Source: Nitrospirales bacterium
Lineage (GTDB): Bacteria; Nitrospirota; Nitrospiria; Nitrospirales; NS-4
Direction of reading: 5' to 3'
DNA length: 64,000 bases
Assembly (NCBI GenBank): GCA_036505795.1
Contig: DASXSU010000031.1
Span: 72,471 to 136,470 of the forward strand
In this document: piece after piece, positions 54,826 through 62,650 of the stretch
How the letters are laid out: each line of letters starts with the position of its first letter
Numbering within the stretch: the stretch's first letter is position 1
Notes under the pieces: model-generated
Told to the model about the DNA's origin: nothing
Databases searched by the model: none
What the model saw: the letters and a program-made list of their open reading frames with translations, nothing else
Position numbers and translations under genes: made by a program

Positions 54826-57171
54826 CTACCAGCAGCGAGAATATCCGCAGAAGCACTTCTCGCAGTTTTCAGAATGGATCAATGGCGCTCCGCAATCAGG
54901 ACAGGGCAGGCCCTGAGGCTGCATGGCCAACACGCTCGCCGCCTGTTCCTGCCGCTGTTCGGCCGGATGGAAGCTGGCCAGCGCCTTCGCAATGGCATCC
55001 CAGAGCGAGAGCACCCGGTTGGCGCCGATTCCATAGGGGTTGCCGTCCTGGATGCCGATCAACTGCCGGGTGATCTCATGCATCGGAATCCGATAACGAA
55101 GCGCCAGGCTGATGAGACGACAGACGCACTCCAGATCGGCCTGGATCATCCCGCCGGCCTTGGCCACCGTCGCGAAGGTCTCAAACGGCTCGCCGTTCAT
55201 CGAATTGATCGTGAGGTACATCTTTCCATAGCTGGTATTGATGGCGATGGTCTCCCCGCTCACGCGCACCGGCCGTTCCAATTTGAATGGATGACCGGCG
55301 TCAGCAAAAGGCGGTAGAGCCGGCGCGGCTGCGTTCTCCGAGACAGGCATCTCCTGCGGCGTAGATTCGGAAGGCACGCCGCTTGTTTTCTCTTTTTTTG
55401 AGGATACGCCGACATTCATCACCTGCTGGTCGCGGCTGCCGTCGCGGTACACGGTGATGCCCTTGCAGCCAAGCTCATGCGCCATCAAATAGGCGTTCAT
55501 CACGTCCTCGGTCGTGGCCTCAGTCGGAAGGTTGATTGTCTTCGAGACCCCGCTGTCGGTGTACCGTTGGAAAGCGGCCTGCATTTGCACATGCCATTCC
55601 GGAGCGACGTCGTGCGCGGTGGCGAACACCTTTTGCCACCGGTCGGGAATCTGGGGAATACCGCGTGCCGAGCCGTGGTTGGCGAGAATTTTATCCATCA
55701 GCCCTTCTTTCCAGAATCCCTCGCGCTTAGCGGTCTCGATAAAGTCCTCGAGGACGTAGGGCAGGTGCTCGCCGTCCATGACATTTTTGAACCAAATGAG
55801 GCTGAATTCCGGCTCGCAGCCGCCGGAGGTCTCTGCAATCATGCTGATCGTGCCCGTTGGTGCCACCGTGGTCACGTAGGAATTTCTGACCCGCTGGCCG
55901 CGCGACTCATGCAGTGAACCCTTCCATGCGGGATAGAGCCCGCGCTGCTCTGCCAGACGCATCGATTCCTCGTACCCCTTATCGGAGATGAATTTCATGA
56001 CCTTCGCGCCCATCTCCACACCGCTTTCCGAATCGTACGGAATTTCGAGCTTAAACAGCATCCGCGCAAAACCCATGACCCCCAAGCCGATTTTACGGTT
56101 GTCTTTCGTGCATTTTTCAATCTCCGGAATCGGATATTTATTCATGTCAATGACGTTGTCCAGCAAATGCACCGACGTCCGAACCGACTGCTCAAGGCGC
56201 GTCCAGTCAATGTCGTAGCGGCCGTCCGGTTTTCGCTCGACATGCGTTTCGAGGTTGACGCTCCCGAGGTTGCACGACTCATATGGCAGAAGCGGCTGCT
56301 CGCCGCAGGGATTGGTCGCCTCAATCATCGCGTAATGCGGCGTGGGGTTCGTGCGGTTGGCCTCGTCGATAAAAAATAGGCCGGGTTCCCCGTTTTGCCA
56401 TGCTGACTGGGCGATCTTCTTCAATACCTCCCGCGCGTCGAGTTGCCCGACTACCTTTCCTGAACGGGGACTGATCAGGTTGTATTGTTCACCGTTCTCG
56501 GCCGCCTTCATAAAAGCATCGGTGACCGCGACACTAATGTTGAAGTTGGTGATCTCCTTCGTATCCGTCTTACAGGTGATAAACTCTAAAATGTCCGGAT
56601 GATCGACGCGCAGAATGCCCATATTCGCGCCCCGCCGTGTTCCACCCTGTTTGATGTGTTCGGTCGATTGGTTGTAGACCTTCATGAAGGACACGGGGCC
56701 GGAGGCCACGCCGCCGGTGCTGCGGACCATATCGTCTTTGGGCCGAAGCCGGGAGAATGAGAAGCCGGTCCCTCCTCCGGTCTGATGGATCAGCGCCTGA
56801 TGTTTAAGCGTGTCATAGATCCCCGAGATTGAATCCTCGACCGGAAGAACGAAGCAGGCCGCGAGCTGTTGCAGAGGACGACCGGCATTCATGAGTGTGG
56901 GAGAGTTCGGGAGAAAGTCCAGACCGGACATCAGCTGGTAAAACTGCTCTTCCGTCGCACGAACGTCTTCGGACTTCGCCCCGTACAAAGCGTCCGCCTG
57001 CGCCAAATTATGGGCCACACGTCGGAACATGCCCTCCGGCGTCTCTACCACCTTCCCATGTTCATCCTTTGACAGGTAGCGCTTCTCTAAGACCCGCAGT
57101 GCATTCGGCGAAATTCGAAGAGCCCCTTCTCCTTTGCCAAATTCCCCTGCAGCGCCACCGGTATTCTTCAT
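54826..57171 (-). CDS. nrdJ: Class II (adenosylcobalamin-dependent) ribonucleotide reductase
   Basis: The ATG at 57171 follows AGGAGGA. The active-site region is NPCGEQPLLPYESCNLGS. The C-terminal Cys-rich tail is CPDCGAPLIHSENCEKCFCGYSRCW. Confidence 0.9.
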   Translation of the reverse strand: MKNTGGAAGEFGKGEGALRISPNALRVLEKRYLSKDEHGKVVETPEGMFRRVAHNLAQADALYGAKSEDVRATEEQFYQLMSGLDFLPNSPTLMNAGRPLQQLAACFVLPVEDSISGIYDTLKHQALIHQTGGGTGFSFSRLRPKDDMVRSTGGVASGPVSFMKVYNQSTEHIKQGGTRRGANMGILRVDHPDILEFITCKTDTKEITNFNISVAVTDAFMKAAENGEQYNLISPRSGKVVGQLDAREVLKKIAQSAWQNGEPGLFFIDEANRTNPTPHYAMIEATNPCGEQPLLPYESCNLGSVNLETHVERKPDGRYDIDWTRLEQSVRTSVHLLDNVIDMNKYPIPEIEKCTKDNRKIGLGVMGFARMLFKLEIPYDSESGVEMGAKVMKFISDKGYEESMRLAEQRGLYPAWKGSLHESRGQRVRNSYVTTVAPTGTISMIAETSGGCEPEFSLIWFKNVMDGEHLPYVLEDFIETAKREGFWKEGLMDKILANHGSARGIPQIPDRWQKVFATAHDVAPEWHVQMQAAFQRYTDSGVSKTINLPTEATTEDVMNAYLMAHELGCKGITVYRDGSRDQQVMNVGVSSKKEKTSGVPSESTPQEMPVSENAAAPALPPFADAGHPFKLERPVRVSGETIAINTSYGKMYLTINSMNGEPFETFATVAKAGGMIQADLECVCRLISLALRYRIPMHEITRQLIGIQDGNPYGIGANRVLSLWDAIAKALASFHPAEQRQEQAASVLAMQPQGLPCPDCGAPLIHSENCEKCFCGYSRCW

Positions 57172-57261
57172 GCGGGTCCTCCTGATTGGTAGGTTCAAAA
57201 AACCCTTAACACGAACGCGGCTCACCTTTATCATTCAGTCTAAGTCGAGTCAAGATAAAAA

Positions 57262-57307
57262 TACCAGATATGGTGGAAAAAATATTCTCAAAACCTAAAT
57301 ATTGTGG
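57262..57307 (-). promoter_or_regulatory. Two candidate NrdR boxes upstream of nrdJ
   Basis: Read on the minus strand the boxes are CACAATATTTAG (57295-57306) and CACCATATCTGG (57264-57275), compared with the remembered consensus acaCwAtATaTwGtgt. The centres are 31 nt apart. They lie just upstream of a TTGACT-N17-TAAAGG promoter-like pair (57225-57253). Confidence 0.45.
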
Positions 57308-57401
57308 AAAACTTGTGATTAACAAATGGACAACGTGTTGAAAACCGGTGAACTCAGAGGGGACAAATCTCGGCTCAATGGAGGCAGAACCAGAGGGCGA
57401 G

Positions 57402-57644
57402 CTATTTGCTCTTCTTGACGTACGCCTTGTAGTGGATAGCACCAGGGTTCGCTTCTTCCTCCAGACCTAAATACTCGTGTCCAGTGGTCTCGCACCACGC
57501 CGGCATGTCCTTTTTGATCCCTTCATCGTCTGAGATCACCTCTAAGACCTGACCGACGATGAGTTCTTTGATTTTCTTGGACGTCTTGATGATCGGCATC
57601 GGACAGAACAACCCCAACGTATCGAGCACCACATCTTTTTGCAT
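57402..57644 (-). CDS. tusA: TusA-family sulfurtransferase
   Basis: The internal ATG at 57644 gives MQKDVVLDTLGLFCPMPIIKTSKKIKEL, which contains the CPxP active-site motif (80 aa). It starts 17 nt after the DsrE-like stop. Confidence 0.8.
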   Translation of the reverse strand: MQKDVVLDTLGLFCPMPIIKTSKKIKELIVGQVLEVISDDEGIKKDMPAWCETTGHEYLGLEEEANPGAIHYKAYVKKSK

Positions 57645-57661
57645 GTAAAAACCTTCTAGGA

Positions 57662-58201
57662 CTAAATAAACAGATTGACCTGGGCGTCTTTGGCTTCCGC
57701 CAGATAGGTCGAGACGCCGGCGAGTTGATCCACGCCTTCCATGAGGGTCTCCTTCCCGATCCCCATCATGCCTAGCGTGGTCGTGCACGCAATGAATTTG
57801 ACCCCGAGATCCTTGGCGACCTCCATGAGTTCCGGCACGCCGGGCATGCGCTGTTGTTTCATCACGAGCTTCATCATCCGAGTCCCGAGCCCCCAGAAAT
57901 GAAAACGCGATAACGGCAAATTCTCCGCCCCCGCTTTATTAAAGGCTCCAAACGAACGGCGCAACCAATCCTTTGCTTTTCCGGTCGTCCCAGGACGCCG
58001 AATGGCATTGAGCCCCCAGAAAGTGAAGAACATCGTCACCTGCATCCCCATCGACGCCGCACCGGTGGCGATAATAAACGCCGCCATCACCCGGTCCATA
58101 TCGCCGCTCAGGACCACAAGCGTGACCCGCTCCGGTTTCTTCTCTTCCAATTCCGCCAGAGCGACTCGCGGGTCAAGCTTCGCGGTCATGACCGTGTCCA
58201 T
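57662..58201 (-). CDS. DsrE2/DrsE-like sulfur-relay family protein
   Basis: 179 aa. It has VTLVVLSGDMDRVMAAFIIATGAASMGMQVTMFFTFWG, a conserved Cys context (KFIACTTTLG), and a C-terminal VNLFI. Confidence 0.7.
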   Translation of the reverse strand: MDTVMTAKLDPRVALAELEEKKPERVTLVVLSGDMDRVMAAFIIATGAASMGMQVTMFFTFWGLNAIRRPGTTGKAKDWLRRSFGAFNKAGAENLPLSRFHFWGLGTRMMKLVMKQQRMPGVPELMEVAKDLGVKFIACTTTLGMMGIGKETLMEGVDQLAGVSTYLAEAKDAQVNLFI

Positions 58202-58217
58202 TCAAGCCTCCAAAGAT

Positions 58218-58255
58218 AATCGGGGAGGCCGGCATGACCCGTAACCTCCCCGATT
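58218..58255 (-). promoter_or_regulatory. Perfect 11-bp hairpin in the leader of the dsrE-like/tusA operon
   Basis: AATCGGGGAGG (58218-58228) pairs with CCTCCCCGATT (58245-58255) around a 16-nt loop. On the minus strand it is followed by ATTATCTTTGGAGGCTTGA-ATG, so it ends 5 nt before the RBS. Confidence 0.5.
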
Positions 58256-58276
58256 CCCCTCTAGCATCGCAGTATT

Positions 58277-58305
58277 ACTTTAATGCGTACCTTTACTGTT
58301 GTCAA
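58277..58305 (-). promoter_or_regulatory. Candidate sigma-70 promoter: TTGACA-N17-TAAAGT (minus strand)
   Basis: The complement of 58300-58305 is TTGACA and the complement of 58277-58282 is TAAAGT, with a 17-nt spacer. It sits in an AT-rich gap upstream of the hairpin. Confidence 0.4.
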
Positions 58306-58414
58306 GTTTTACGGAAAACCATAAACCAACATTAAATCAATCACTTGCGACGATTATGCTGCACTCGTGAGGTTGGGATCTCTCCCCATCTGACGGTTAT
58401 TGGTTTGGTGATTT

Positions 58415-60172
58415 CTATTCATCTACGTACCGCTCATCAACGCGCTCAGTGACAATCTCCTTCCATGGGGTGTGCCCCCGTCGCAACAGAGCATATCCCT
58501 GTCTGCGGATTCGTTCAGCCTTTTCAGCGATGATACCGGGAGGCACCCGGTAATCCTGAAGGACCAAGCAGAAGATCTCAATGGACGTTTCAAATTCTTC
58601 AGGGACAACCTGGTCCGCTCCCGAGGCAAGCAAGTCATCAATTTCACGAAGATACCGCGTGCGGGAAATGATATGAATGCTCGTGTTCAGCTCACGAGCG
58701 ACCTTGATAGCCCGCCGATTTGCCAAGGGATCGGAAATCGCCAATACAAGGCAGCGAGCATCTTGGATGCCGAGGCGCCGGAGCGTCTGGGGATGGGTCA
58801 CGTCCCCGAAGTGGATCGGCACCTCCCTTTTCTGTTCGCGCCGAACCACATCGCCGTCCATCTCGACAATCACGAACGGGATTTCCGTTTCTCGCAGCAC
58901 CTGCGCCAGGTTGCGCCCATTAATCCCATAGCCGGCGATAATGGTATGGTCCCTCAACGCGACGGGCGGCTCTTCGACTACCCACGGCGGGCGAGTCCAA
59001 TGATGGAGCCGCTGTATAGCCTCCGCTCGCCGCGCGATCTTCGGCGCGGCCACTATCAAAAAGGGTGTCACCAAAATGGTGAGAACGGATACCGCGAGGA
59101 AAACTTGAAAAGAGCCGGGCGACAGGAGACCGACGTCTTTTCCCGCTTTCGAGAGAATAAAAGAAAATTCTCCCACCTGCGCAAGAGCCATCCCCATTAA
59201 AATTGCCGGCCGCCACGCATAGCCGGTGGCCACCGCCGCGACCGCCGCAATCAAGGACTTTCCGAAGATCACCGTCACCACCAGGCCGGTCACTAGGAAC
59301 GGATGGGCGAGCAAGACCCGCAGATCCAACAACATGCCGATAGAGATAAAGAACAGACTGTTAAAGCCGTGCCGAAACGGAAGAACTTCAACCATCGCCT
59401 GGTGGCTGTATTCCGATTCCGAAATAATAAGGCCCGCGATAAAGGCGCCCAGGGCCAGGGAGAGGCCTGCAAGGGAGCTGAGCCAGGCGATCCCCAGACA
59501 GACGAGGATGATGGTGATCAAGAACAGCTCCCGGCTGCGGCTTCGAACCACGCGTTCGAGCATGCGGGGCACCAGGACCCGGGCGGTGATCAGGATCACG
59601 GTTACGAGCACGAGAGCCTTGCCTAAGGACCACGCGATCTCCCACGCGCTCCCGCCTTGATGAGCAAGCGCCGGTGTCAGTATCATCATCGGCAACACCG
59701 CAAGATCCTGGATAATCAGGATCCCGATACTTAACCGGCCCTGGGGGGAATTGGTCTCGCCGCGATCCGCGATCATCTTCAAGACGATGGCTGTGCTGCT
59801 CATCGCTATCAGAAAACCCCAGAAGACCCCTTGATTCAGGGTCAGCCCGAAGGCCAACCCGGCGGCCGCGCATAGCGCGATCGTGGTTCCGATCTGAAGG
59901 CCTCCAGTCCCCAACACTCCTCCAAGCGAAGGGATCTGAGCCAGCGAGAATTCTACGCCGATTGTGAACAGGAGCAGGACGACCCCGATCTCAGCGAATA
60001 CTTCAACACGAGATACGTCCTGAACAAAATCCAGTCCGTACGGGCCGACCATAGCACCCGCCACCAGAAAGCCGATTAGCGCGGGCAATCCGAGTTTGTC
60101 AAAAAAATACACCACCACCACCGAGACGCTAAAGAGCACAACGAGATCGCGAAGAAAGGCTATTTCAGACAT
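58415..60172 (-). CDS. Kef-type monovalent cation:proton antiporter (CPA2) with a C-terminal RCK/TrkA-N domain
   Basis: 585 aa. A polytopic N-terminal Na+/H+ exchanger domain is followed by a Rossmann-type domain (IIAGYGINGRNLAQVL). Confidence 0.85.
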   Translation of the reverse strand: MSEIAFLRDLVVLFSVSVVVVYFFDKLGLPALIGFLVAGAMVGPYGLDFVQDVSRVEVFAEIGVVLLLFTIGVEFSLAQIPSLGGVLGTGGLQIGTTIALCAAAGLAFGLTLNQGVFWGFLIAMSSTAIVLKMIADRGETNSPQGRLSIGILIIQDLAVLPMMILTPALAHQGGSAWEIAWSLGKALVLVTVILITARVLVPRMLERVVRSRSRELFLITIILVCLGIAWLSSLAGLSLALGAFIAGLIISESEYSHQAMVEVLPFRHGFNSLFFISIGMLLDLRVLLAHPFLVTGLVVTVIFGKSLIAAVAAVATGYAWRPAILMGMALAQVGEFSFILSKAGKDVGLLSPGSFQVFLAVSVLTILVTPFLIVAAPKIARRAEAIQRLHHWTRPPWVVEEPPVALRDHTIIAGYGINGRNLAQVLRETEIPFVIVEMDGDVVRREQKREVPIHFGDVTHPQTLRRLGIQDARCLVLAISDPLANRRAIKVARELNTSIHIISRTRYLREIDDLLASGADQVVPEEFETSIEIFCLVLQDYRVPPGIIAEKAERIRRQGYALLRRGHTPWKEIVTERVDERYVDE

Positions 60173-60238
60173 CAGGACTCCCTGAAGTTGATGTATGCAG
60201 GTACAGTCGACGCATAGCCGTCACCCTAGAGAGGCCCT

Positions 60239-61078
60239 TTATGGCCCACTCTCCTCAGGCTGGGCTTGATCCTCCTGATCGCCAGCGCTGCTAATCACAA
60301 AGCCTGGTTCGACTTTTCGCGCGACCGTGAGAAATCCGCTGTGCGCGACCATCCGATGATCAGGACGAACACTGCGACCGGCGATGTTCCAGGTCCGCAG
60401 TAAGGTTTCAAAGCTTTGGATCATGGAGAACACCGCGACGCGATGGAGCGCTTCGACGGTCTGCATCACTTGGGGAATCGTAGGCACGTAACTCAAGTAA
60501 ATACCGCCGGAGCGCAGGGCGGACACGGCATGCGGGACGACGCGCCAGGGTTCCGGGAGGTCGAGAATCAAGCGGTCTAGCTCCGTCTCCTCAATGCCCT
60601 CATAGGCGTCCTTCTGCCGAACGGTTAAATTTTCACACGGCCCTAAATACCGCTCGATATTCTTCATCGCGGTTCGAGTAAAGTCTTCGCGGGCTTCGTA
60701 ACTGAAGACATGGCCGCGATCACCCACTGCTCGTAAGAGGGCCATGGTCAGCGCGCCGGATCCGGTGCCGGCCTCAAAGACCCGGGCACCGGGATAGATG
60801 TCCGCCCATTGCACGATCACCCCTAAATCTTTGGGGTAGATCACCTGCGCGCCCCGAGGCATCTTCAGCACGTATTCCGACAGCGTCGGCCGCAGCGCCA
60901 AAAGCCGGCGTCCCCGCGACAGCATCACGAGACTGCCGTCCGGTCTTCCTATGAGGGAGTCATGCGCAATCGTCTCCCCGCTCAATTGAAACACATCGCC
61001 CGCTTTAAGAACCAGCGCGTAGTGACGGGTCTTAATGTCCACCAGATGAATGCGTTCGCCGTCTTGAAGGACAGTCAT
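60239..61078 (-). CDS. trmI: tRNA (adenine58-N1)-methyltransferase TrmI (GCD14 family)
   Basis: 279 aa. The SAM-binding motif is VFEAGTGSGALTMALL, and the GCD14-type N-terminal beta domain (RGAQVIYPKDLG) is present. Confidence 0.85.
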   Translation of the reverse strand: MTVLQDGERIHLVDIKTRHYALVLKAGDVFQLSGETIAHDSLIGRPDGSLVMLSRGRRLLALRPTLSEYVLKMPRGAQVIYPKDLGVIVQWADIYPGARVFEAGTGSGALTMALLRAVGDRGHVFSYEAREDFTRTAMKNIERYLGPCENLTVRQKDAYEGIEETELDRLILDLPEPWRVVPHAVSALRSGGIYLSYVPTIPQVMQTVEALHRVAVFSMIQSFETLLRTWNIAGRSVRPDHRMVAHSGFLTVARKVEPGFVISSAGDQEDQAQPEESGP

Positions 61079-61108
61079 GCGTCTCTCATGATTTGGGAAG
61101 GACGAGGA

Positions 61109-61288
61109 TCAGCTCGGTTTGATCGGGCCGCAGGCGTTCTCCCCGAAGGCAATAAGCTTCCGCCTGACCAAAGCATGGCAGTGAGGGCAAGGAAAGCGGA
61201 AAGTCGTTTCATCCAGCCATTCAATGGACTCATCCTTGACCCACATGAGCTTTTCGCAATACGGGCAGGGTTTCACGGTCACCGTCAT
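61109..61288 (-). CDS. Small zinc-ribbon protein
   Basis: The internal ATG at 61288 gives MTVTVKPCPYCEKLMW...FRFPCPHCHALV, with two CPxC knuckles (59 aa). The longer track ORF would overlap the ttuA 3' end. Confidence 0.45.
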   Translation of the reverse strand: MTVTVKPCPYCEKLMWVKDESIEWLDETTFRFPCPHCHALVRRKLIAFGENACGPIKPS

Positions 61289-61374
61289 AACGCTCTCTTT
61301 AAAATAATTTTCAACTGTGATCTTGTACCTTAACCGCGCCGATCCCGCAAGGTTCTGGCGGCCGAAACCGCACG

Positions 61375-62289
61375 CTATCGCGTTTGAGCTCGCGCCATCA
61401 TACGGCAGTATCCGCAGATTTGGCCCGTTGTCGGCTGGTTGCATTGTGAGCACGGGTGAAGGAGTGCTTGATCGTTCGCCGTCATTGAGAGCTCAGGATT
61501 GTCGGTTTTCTGCCTGGCGAGGAATCCCCAATAGAACATTTGCTTTGTACCAGGCGATTCCGCTTCCAATCGATTCAACATGTCCTTGTAGAGCAGCATC
61601 TTGGCGCCTTTGGCATTGGGGCATTCTTCCACAATATAGTCCAGCCCATTCACGATTGCATACGCCGCGACTTCACGCTCTGCCAGCCGATAGAGCGGTT
61701 TGACCTTCTTGGCGAAGCCCTCGACCGAGCCCGGCAGAGACGGTCCTTGTTTCTGCAAATAATCAGTTTGCCAATGCAGCACATTTCCCAGCAACCGAGC
61801 AGCCTCATCATCCAGGTTGTGGCCCGTGGCCAGGACGGTATAGCCGTGTTCCACCGCGGTCCGGTTGAAATGGTATCGCTTAATGGTCCCACAGGCGGAG
61901 CAGGCGGGTCGATGAAGCCGGATGGCTAAGTCGTTGATACCCGCGCCTTCGTTTTCTTGAACCTCATGCACATGCAAGGTAATCTCACGCGTTTGGCAAA
62001 ACTGCTGCACTTTGGACTTCGACGCTCGCGAATACTCCCCGATACCGAGGTCCACATAGAGGGCGGCGCTGTCGTACCCGAGACGATGCAAGACATCCAG
62101 CAGCGTGAGGCTGTCCTTGCCGCCGGAGACCGCGACCAGCACGCGGTCTGACTTCGTGAACATGGCCTCTTCATGAATGGCGCGTTCAATTTGATGGGTG
62201 ACGAATTCCGTCAGACAGGACCGGCAAAAGGCCGTATGGTGACGAGGGATACCCAGCACCGCTTTGTTCGGGAATTTACGGCAGCGCAT
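61375..62289 (-). CDS. ttuA: TtuA/NcsA-type PP-loop tRNA 2-thiolation enzyme
   Basis: 304 aa. The PP-loop is LVAVSGGKDSLTLL. The Fe-S cluster cysteines are PACSACG and EECPNAKG. The C-terminal zinc finger is CSQCNQPTTGQICGYC. Confidence 0.7.
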   Translation of the reverse strand: MRCRKFPNKAVLGIPRHHTAFCRSCLTEFVTHQIERAIHEEAMFTKSDRVLVAVSGGKDSLTLLDVLHRLGYDSAALYVDLGIGEYSRASKSKVQQFCQTREITLHVHEVQENEGAGINDLAIRLHRPACSACGTIKRYHFNRTAVEHGYTVLATGHNLDDEAARLLGNVLHWQTDYLQKQGPSLPGSVEGFAKKVKPLYRLAEREVAAYAIVNGLDYIVEECPNAKGAKMLLYKDMLNRLEAESPGTKQMFYWGFLARQKTDNPELSMTANDQALLHPCSQCNQPTTGQICGYCRMMARAQTR

Positions 62290-62301
62290 AAATTATCACC
62301 A

Positions 62302-62438
62302 TTGCACTCTCCCACCCTGGCTCGTATTGCACCCACCATCCCTGGAGTCTGCCGAGACAGACTCCCTTAGCCCCTGGACGGAGCCTTTTCCCTTTCGCAC
62401 CCGCCCTCCCTGGCTCCGCCGAGACGGAGCCTTTTTTT
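62302..62438. repeat. Array of structured intergenic repeat units (three box copies, two perfect CCGAGA-loop hairpins)
   Basis: The three boxes are TTGCACTCTCCCACCCTGG (62302-62320), TTGCACCCACCATCCCTGG (62327-62345) and TTCGCACCCGCCCTCCCTGG (62394-62413). The hairpins are GGAGTCTG-CCGAGA-CAGACTCC (62344-62365) and GGCTCCG-CCGAGA-CGGAGCC (62412-62431), the latter followed by T7. Confidence 0.7.
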
Positions 62439-62441
62439 CCC

Positions 62442-62636
62442 CTAGCCTCCCGAGATCACCGGGCGGATCTCGACGTGATCATCGTCCCGCAGTGTGTCGT
62501 CTTCGGTCACGAGGTCGTCGCCCCGTACCACAAGGACGCTTTCCGGTAGCAGGTCCAGTTCTCTGAGCAGATCTTTCACGCGCTTCGGTCCTTGAATCTC
62601 GACTTCCCGGACTGGATGGTTCAGCAAGACCTTCAT
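62442..62636 (-). CDS. MoaD/ThiS-family ubiquitin-like sulfur carrier (TtuB-like), ending in Gly-Gly
   Basis: 64 aa ending HVEIRPVISGG. It lies immediately upstream of the TtuA-type gene on the same strand. Confidence 0.7.
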   Translation of the reverse strand: MKVLLNHPVREVEIQGPKRVKDLLRELDLLPESVLVVRGDDLVTEDDTLRDDDHVEIRPVISGG

Positions 62637-62650
62637 GATTTCCTATTGTG

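Noticed and set aside
62302-62438. The repeat array, considered as a possible mini-CRISPR.
   Set aside because: The repeats are only about 19 nt and imperfect. Their spacing is irregular (25 and 67 nt). The spacers themselves contain the hairpin repeats. No cas genes are in the window. One unit also recurs at 33687-33733, which is typical of REP-like elements rather than CRISPR.
62412-62438. Hairpin plus T7 here, and hairpin plus TTTT at 33707-33733, read as plus-strand Rho-independent terminators.
   Set aside because: No plus-strand gene ends near either site, and both lie between co-oriented minus-strand genes. I report them as part of a repeat element. Antisense-transcript termination remains possible but unsupported.
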